A stretch of DNA of 64,000 bases. Source: a virus. The stretch is taken from IMG/VR virus record IMGVR_UViG_3300025035_000003, positions 37,226-101,225 of that record. One strand, given 5' to 3'. The notes below the pieces were generated by a model. That model ran no database searches. It saw only the letters and a program-made list of their open reading frames with translations, and had not been told where the DNA came from. Position 1 is the first letter of the stretch; the number at the start of each line of letters is the position of its first letter. Positions 57,968-64,000 of the stretch are shown here, piece by piece. A program made the translations under genes and the position numbers.

Positions 57968-59527
57968 ATGGGTATCACAAGTACATTTAATGATGGTGGA
58001 ACAACTTCAAACACGATTGAAAGACAGTTTACACCAGAGTTCGTAACTAAAGCTATAGTTGAAATGCCAGCTCGTAAGAGATTTTTCTCTAACCGTTCTA
58101 ACAAAGTGGCTATGCCAAAAAATCATGGTGACACGTTGACTAAAGAAGTAAAACTTCCAATGCTACATAAAGATAATATGGTAGATGGTGGTGTTGATGC
58201 TACTGTTGCATCTATAATCAAGAACGAGTATGCTCGTGTTGTTTCTGCTACAGGGTTAGTTGTTCAACGTTACAATGTAGAGAATTACCTTGCATCTGAT
58301 GGGTCTGTATCACTTGCTGATGCTAGAACTGCTGCACGCGCTGCTGCTGTTGCTGCTTTACAAGCCGGTGAAGAAGTTAAGTCTACTGCTGGTTCTATCT
58401 TGAATGGTGCTGCTGGTTATAACACGTCTACTGGACCACTTGCCGAACTACCCGAAGAGGGTGGAGTTGTTAACTTACTAAATAGTTCTAGTAAACTAGT
58501 TAGTGCTAAGATTTCGTTCCATGGTATTGCTTCTAAGTATACTGTTCGTTCTGTGGAGCTAGACTCACGTATGGGCCAAGTAGCTACTAAGATTAAAGAT
58601 CTTTCTCGTGCTGTTATTGAGCTTAAAGAAATGCAAGTTCAAAACTCTGTTTTAGCTGCTGCTGAACTTAACATGATGCCATCTACAACTAAAGCATATG
58701 TTGTTGATATGTCTGATATGGATGGTATGGATACACTTACATATGAGGCACTTACTGCATTCGAGCAAGAGTTACAGCGTGATGATGTTCCATTGGATAC
58801 TGAAATCCTACAAGGTGTAGATTTGATTGATACTGTTACAGTTGAAGATGCGTACATTGCATATGTGAACCGTGAAGCAATTCCAGTTTTACGTAGAATC
58901 ACAGGTCCTGGTGGAGCACTTGTATGGGTTGAAAAATCTAAGTATGCTGCTGGTACTACATTACTTGAAGGTGAGCAAGGCTCAATTGGCTCATTCCGTT
59001 TTGTTGTTGTTCCTGATCTTGCTGTATACCGTGGTGCAGGCGCTGCTGTTGGTGGCACACTTACTACTGTAACTGCTGGTGCATTCATTGTGGGTGATAC
59101 GTATGTAATCAGAACTGTTGGTAGCACTGACTTTACATTGATTGGTGCGCCTACCAGCGCCGTGGGTGTTCAGTTTATTGCTACTGGTGTAGGTGCTGGT
59201 ACAGGCACAGCTGACTCGTCCGATGGTGACTTGGCAAATGCTGCAACTAGATCTGCTGCATACAAAACAGTTAAGACTGATGGTACATTTTATGATGTAT
59301 TTGCAATGGTAGTTGTTGGTGATGACAGTTACTCAATCACTGGTTTTGGTGGCGAGTCTACTTCTGCTAAGCATATCATGCCTAAAGCTGATGTACATAA
59401 CGACATGTACGGAGAGGTAGGTGGAGTTTCAGCGAAGTGGAGCTATGGATTCCTCCCATATAGACCAGAGCGTATCAAGATGCTCGCTTATACTGCGACA
59501 CGAACAGGCGTAACAACTGCAGCTTAG
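57968..59527 (+). CDS. Major capsid protein (N4 gp56-like) with internal insertion
   Basis: MPKNHGDT, LPEEGG, GEQGSIGSFRFVVVP, DMYGEVG..WSYG..RPERI. Confidence 0.88.
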   Translation: MGITSTFNDGGTTSNTIERQFTPEFVTKAIVEMPARKRFFSNRSNKVAMPKNHGDTLTKEVKLPMLHKDNMVDGGVDATVASIIKNEYARVVSATGLVVQRYNVENYLASDGSVSLADARTAARAAAVAALQAGEEVKSTAGSILNGAAGYNTSTGPLAELPEEGGVVNLLNSSSKLVSAKISFHGIASKYTVRSVELDSRMGQVATKIKDLSRAVIELKEMQVQNSVLAAAELNMMPSTTKAYVVDMSDMDGMDTLTYEALTAFEQELQRDDVPLDTEILQGVDLIDTVTVEDAYIAYVNREAIPVLRRITGPGGALVWVEKSKYAAGTTLLEGEQGSIGSFRFVVVPDLAVYRGAGAAVGGTLTTVTAGAFIVGDTYVIRTVGSTDFTLIGAPTSAVGVQFIATGVGAGTGTADSSDGDLANAATRSAAYKTVKTDGTFYDVFAMVVVGDDSYSITGFGGESTSAKHIMPKADVHNDMYGEVGGVSAKWSYGFLPYRPERIKMLAYTATRTGVTTAA

Positions 59528-59745
59528 GCTGTGGTTCTGTGCTTATTTACGTAGCAAGCTTCGGCTTGCTTCGGCTACACACTCATAAACTTCAACCCAA
59601 CTTAAGATAAACAATAGTATAATAACGGAGATATAGTAGTACTAGATGTAGTACCATAGCACCAATAGGTATGTTGACTGTAATGTATACATGTCAAATT
59701 AAATAATGGCAATGAGTATAGCTCAACCAAAAGGACAGATAGATA

Positions 59746-60339
59746 ATGGCACAAAAAACATTTGATAAAATGAACAAGACCGAATTAGAGGGTGCGATTG
59801 CGTTTCTAAAATTAGAGGATGTAGCACTAGCTGCAGCTAAAGACCCTGAGAAGATTACTAATGCAGAGTACGTTGCAGTACTAGAAGCATTTAAAGCTAA
59901 GCAGGACATCAACAATGTAGATGTAGTTAAAGAGACTACCGCAAATGATACTGCCTCAGTTAAAGTAAATAACAGTGTTGAAAAGGCATTAGTTAAAGCT
60001 GATGACCTACATACAATGATACCGGTAATAGTTACTGACCATGATACCTCAGTTGTAATAAACGAAGATATAGAAGGCCGTACGGTAGCAATTCGTTGGG
60101 GTAACCCCGTTATTGGTGGGTATACCACTAATGTACCAGTACACGGCAGAATGCAGTACTTACCTAAAGGGGCTGTTATCAGACTGAAAAAAATTACACT
60201 TGCACAGAATGTAAAGAATGCTGATGGCCAGGAAGTAGTTAACCGTAATCGTAAACGCTTTAGTATAGCACATACAGAAGGTTGGACAGAAGCTGACTTC
60301 GAAGCGCATAGACAAGAGCAGTTGCTCAAACGTATCTAG
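59746..60339 (+). CDS. N4 gp55-like structural-module protein
   Basis: Position after major capsid gene. Confidence 0.5.
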   Translation: MAQKTFDKMNKTELEGAIAFLKLEDVALAAAKDPEKITNAEYVAVLEAFKAKQDINNVDVVKETTANDTASVKVNNSVEKALVKADDLHTMIPVIVTDHDTSVVINEDIEGRTVAIRWGNPVIGGYTTNVPVHGRMQYLPKGAVIRLKKITLAQNVKNADGQEVVNRNRKRFSIAHTEGWTEADFEAHRQEQLLKRI

Positions 60340-60398
60340 TTATACAATCCTCTTAGGAGGGTTGAACTAAACAGATAATTAAAATTATAGGACTATAC

Positions 60399-60800
60399 AT
60401 GGCAGACTTTATTATACCAAAGAACCAAGCGTTTGATTTTAGAATAGAAGTAAAAGAAGCTAACACGTTTATAGCACAAAACCTGGATGCCTGTATATCT
60501 GCTACAATGGGGATAATCCCATTAACTGATCCTGATACTACTACACATACTATAACTATGGTAGTACCAGTACCTACTAGTGAAGACTCTCAAAATGGTG
60601 TACTACGAGGGGCTATTACAGAAGCAGATAGCATAGCAGTTAATAATGGTACAGGATTCGAATCTAAAAGAGCGACTAAGGCTGATGGGTATTACTTGAA
60701 ACCTACATATCAAGGAATTATAAAAATAGCATTTAGTGATAGCACCCCAACTATTACCACTATACTTGATAAAATATATGTTATACCGACAGGCGTGTAA
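60399..60800 (+). CDS. Hypothetical virion protein
   Basis: AGGA RBS, structural context. Confidence 0.6.
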   Translation: MADFIIPKNQAFDFRIEVKEANTFIAQNLDACISATMGIIPLTDPDTTTHTITMVVPVPTSEDSQNGVLRGAITEADSIAVNNGTGFESKRATKADGYYLKPTYQGIIKIAFSDSTPTITTILDKIYVIPTGV

Positions 60801-60802
60801 AC

Positions 60803-63800
60803 ATGGAAGTGGTTGCAGATAGCGCATTAGTTACAAGTGGTGCTACCACTGAGGTAACTACTGAGGTAACCACCACTGATGTAAATGTAGCTACTCCTAA
60901 AATAGCTGAGGTATCGACTAACACATACGTACTGAGTACAGGTGGTGTGTACAGTGGTAATATCCACAATGGGGTACCTACATGGCTTACAGATGCAATA
61001 ATAGCGCAAGTAACAGCTGGTACGCTTAATATTAGCCAACTAGTGAATGACTTGTACGTACTAGTTCAAAGTATAGAGCTAGGTGTAAATCAAAGTATTG
61101 CCAGTGTACAGAATGAGGTGGTAAGTCAATCACAATACTTAACTACAGTTAAGAGTGAACTACAAGGTGATATAGCAGTAGCCATAGAGCAGTATGATAC
61201 AATTGTATCTCCTGAGCTAGCTAAAGCAGTAAAGACTGATGCATTAGGGGTAATTAAGGGCCAGGTGGAGGCATGGGCATTAGATGTAACTGATGTGTAT
61301 GCAAGTAATAACTTAGCTAGTGCTACGCAAGTTGAGCTACTCACATCCACGCTAACTGATGTAAATACAGGTACAGTTGCAACAGCTACGAAGTTGTATG
61401 AGGGATATACGACAATTGGGATAACACCTGATGGTACAGGTATTGCATCTGCAGGATACTTAGACACACTAAGTGCTAGTGTAGATGATGTAAATACAGG
61501 TATAGCTGCAACAGCTACGAAGTTGTCTGAGGGGTATACGACAATTGGGATAACACCTGATGGTACAGGTATTGCATCTGCAGGATACTTAGACACACTA
61601 AGTGCTAGTGTAGATGATGTATCTGTTGCGCTCACTACTGTTGAACGAGTGGCTGTTGAGGCTAATGAGTGGTCTGCAAGTTCTAGTAAACTTATAACAG
61701 GGCCTGATGGAAGTATCACTGGATGGGGGTTCTCAGATGGTAGTAATGAAGTTAGTAATTTTCAGATAAAAGCTACAAACTTCAGTATAAGCGATGGTCT
61801 TACAGGACATACACCATTCAGCATTGTTGGTAGTGATGTGAATTTTAATGGTAAAGTAACATTTAGTAGTATTAGTGATTCTGGTACATATATACCTACG
61901 ATATCTAGTGTCGCAGCAGCACAGACAGAAGCCGCAGATGCTAAAGAAAATGCTATAGCAGCACTTACTCAGTTAACTGACATAGCTTCAGATAGTGTGC
62001 TAGATCCAGGAGAAAAAACTAGTGTAATAGCTGCTAGAGATGTGATAGTAGCTGAGAAGGCGGGGATAGACACACAAGCTACTGCATATGGAATTACAAC
62101 TGAAAAAACTACTTATGACAATGCTGTGGGTGCACTAACAACGTACTTAGCAACATTGACTAGTCCTGTTCTATGGAGTAATCTATCAGGTAATACTACA
62201 ATAGTAGGTACTACCTTTAGGTCTAAATTTAATAATGTGTACACAACAAGACAAGCACTATTAGATAAAATAGCTATTATTGCAAAGAGCCTTGTAGATA
62301 CAGCACAAAGTACAGCTAATAGTAAACCAAATGTGTACTATCAGACTACGGCCCCAAGTAGTGTAGGAAGAGTATTAGGAGATCTATGGTTTGATAGCGA
62401 TGACAAAAATCATCCGTATAGATGGTCTGGTGCCGCATGGGCAAGTATTAGAGATCTGTCAATAGCTGATACTGCAACTGCTTCAGCTAGCGCTAATACT
62501 GCAGCACTAAATGCTATGACTGCTGCTCAAGCTGCTCAAGCCACTGCAGATGGTGCAACTACTACGTACTATCAAAGTGCTGCACCAACAGGATTAAACT
62601 CTAGTACTGACATAGGCGATATGTGGTTTGATACTGATGATAACCAGGCATACAGATGGAGTGGGACAACCTGGCTAACAATTCAGGATAAAAGTATTGT
62701 TGTTGCTCTTGCTGCTGCACAAGATGCACAGACCACAGCTGATGGAAAGATAACTTCATTCTACCAAACTGCACAACCTACAGGAGCCAATATAGGAGAT
62801 TTATGGTTTGATATTGATAATAAGAATGAAGCGCACTACTATAACGGTATGGCATGGACCACGCTTAGGGATGGTACAATTGCAGATGCATTTTATGCTG
62901 CTGAGCTAGCACAGACAGAAGCCGCAGATGCTAAAGAAAATGCTATAGCAGCACTTACTCAGTTAACTGACATAGCTTCAGATAGTGTGCTAGATCCAGG
63001 AGAAAAAACTAGTGTAATAGCTGCTAGAGATGTGATAGTAGCTGAGAAGGCGGGGATAGACACACAAGCTACTGCATATGGAATTACAACTGAAAAAACT
63101 ACTTATGACAATGCTGTGGGTGCACTAACAACGTACTTAGCAACATTGACTAGTCCTGTTCTATGGAGTAATCTATCAGGTAATACTACAATAGTAGGTA
63201 CTACCTTTAGGTCTAAATTTAATAATGTGTACACAACAAGACAAGCACTATTAGATAAAATAGCTATTATTGCAAAGAGCCTTGTAGATACAGCACAAAG
63301 TACAGCTAATAGTAAACCAAATGTGTACTATCAGACTACGGCCCCAAGTAGTGTAGGAAGAGTATTAGGAGATCTATGGTTTGATAGCGATGACAAAAAT
63401 CATCCGTATAGATGGTCTGGTGCCGCATGGGCAAGTATTAGAGATCTGTCAATAGCTGATACTGCAACTGCTTCAGCTAGCGCTAATACTGCAGCACTAA
63501 ATGCTATGACTGCTGCTCAAGCTGCTCAAGCCACTGCAGATGGTGCAACTACTACGTACTATCAAAGTGCTGCACCAACAGGATTAAACTCTAGTACTGA
63601 CATAGGCGATATGTGGTTTGATACTGATGATAACCAGGCATACAGATGGAGTGGGACAACCTGGCTAACAATTCAGGATAAAAGTATTGTTGTTGCTCTT
63701 GCTGCTGCACAAGATGCACAGACCACAGCTGATGGAAAGATAACTTCATTCTACCAAACTGCACAACCTACAGGAGCCAATATAGGAGATTTATGGTTTG

Positions 63801-64000
63801 ATATTGATAATAAGAATGAAGCGCACTACTATAACGGTATGGCATGGACCACGCTTAGGGATGGTACAATTGCAGATGCATTTTATGCTGCTGAGCTAGC
63901 ACAGACAGAAGCCGCAGATGCTAAAGAAAATGCTATAGCAGCACTTACTCAGTTAACTGACATAGCTTCAGATAGTGTGCTAGATCCAGGAGAAAAAACT
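60803..64000 (+). CDS. Large tail/host-specificity protein (DUF1983-like region), partial, at least 1066 aa; not in ORF track
   Basis: ATG 60803, frame appears open to window end; ITGWGFSDG..FQIKATNF..PFSI; GDLWFDxD/YRWSG repeats. Confidence 0.8.
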   Translation, partial: MEVVADSALVTSGATTEVTTEVTTTDVNVATPKIAEVSTNTYVLSTGGVYSGNIHNGVPTWLTDAIIAQVTAGTLNISQLVNDLYVLVQSIELGVNQSIASVQNEVVSQSQYLTTVKSELQGDIAVAIEQYDTIVSPELAKAVKTDALGVIKGQVEAWALDVTDVYASNNLASATQVELLTSTLTDVNTGTVATATKLYEGYTTIGITPDGTGIASAGYLDTLSASVDDVNTGIAATATKLSEGYTTIGITPDGTGIASAGYLDTLSASVDDVSVALTTVERVAVEANEWSASSSKLITGPDGSITGWGFSDGSNEVSNFQIKATNFSISDGLTGHTPFSIVGSDVNFNGKVTFSSISDSGTYIPTISSVAAAQTEAADAKENAIAALTQLTDIASDSVLDPGEKTSVIAARDVIVAEKAGIDTQATAYGITTEKTTYDNAVGALTTYLATLTSPVLWSNLSGNTTIVGTTFRSKFNNVYTTRQALLDKIAIIAKSLVDTAQSTANSKPNVYYQTTAPSSVGRVLGDLWFDSDDKNHPYRWSGAAWASIRDLSIADTATASASANTAALNAMTAAQAAQATADGATTTYYQSAAPTGLNSSTDIGDMWFDTDDNQAYRWSGTTWLTIQDKSIVVALAAAQDAQTTADGKITSFYQTAQPTGANIGDLWFDIDNKNEAHYYNGMAWTTLRDGTIADAFYAAELAQTEAADAKENAIAALTQLTDIASDSVLDPGEKTSVIAARDVIVAEKAGIDTQATAYGITTEKTTYDNAVGALTTYLATLTSPVLWSNLSGNTTIVGTTFRSKFNNVYTTRQALLDKIAIIAKSLVDTAQSTANSKPNVYYQTTAPSSVGRVLGDLWFDSDDKNHPYRWSGAAWASIRDLSIADTATASASANTAALNAMTAAQAAQATADGATTTYYQSAAPTGLNSSTDIGDMWFDTDDNQAYRWSGTTWLTIQDKSIVVALAAAQDAQTTADGKITSFYQTAQPTGANIGDLWFDIDNKNEAHYYNGMAWTTLRDGTIADAFYAAELAQTEAADAKENAIAALTQLTDIASDSVLDPGEKT
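61358..61621 (+). repeat. Two tandem 129-bp (43-aa) repeats
   Basis: Units start at 61358 and 61487; about 4 mismatches. Confidence 0.9.
61918..64000 (+). repeat. Near-perfect 990-bp (330-aa) tandem repeat, 2 full copies plus partial third
   Basis: ACAGACAGAAGCCGCAGATG at 61921, 62911, 63901. Confidence 0.95.

Noticed and set aside
1135-61719. Many opposite-strand ORFs in the track (e.g. 3772..4230, 19156..19683, 44159..44722, 59694..60329, 61126..61719)
   Set aside because: Antisense shadows of well-supported genes, without RBS or motifs.

Overview
A 64-kb segment of an AT-rich, apparently lytic dsDNA phage; no integrase or repressor is visible. The host is probably in Campylobacterota (inference from AAGGA RBSs, TTAAG-N11-TATAAT sigma70-type promoters and a host-like tRNA-Ala). 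Two divergent arms meet at about 39.8-40.1 kb. The minus arm holds early, replication and accessory genes: T7-like single-subunit RNAP, T7-like DNA polymerase split in two, two SF1 helicases, helicase-primase, ThyX, Rnl2 RNA ligase, Nudix, MYG1, HD and SLT. The plus arm is an N4-like morphogenesis module: terminase, tail fibre, lysis cassette, portal, scaffold, major capsid and a repeat-expanded tail protein running off the window. Standout: a retron-type reverse transcriptase (11013-12071) with four msr-msd-like ncRNA cassettes, one upstream and three in tandem downstream. They share a scaffold (a1/a2 arms, a branch G facing a G in three of four, AAATT, TATTTATTCA, a covarying GGCG/CGCC hairpin) but each has a different msd hairpin, suggesting one RT making several msDNAs with no obvious effector. 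Also notable: a putative phage ubiquitin-like tagging operon (49-aa peptide ending KAG-SGY, ThiF/E1, possible E2, and a JAB protease split by an inserted ORF); two circularly permuted tRNA-like (YrlA/Y-RNA-like) RNAs; several other long-stem RNAs; a repeated phage-promoter motif; and a near-perfect 990-bp tandem expansion in a tail gene. All family calls come from motif recognition by eye, not database searches.
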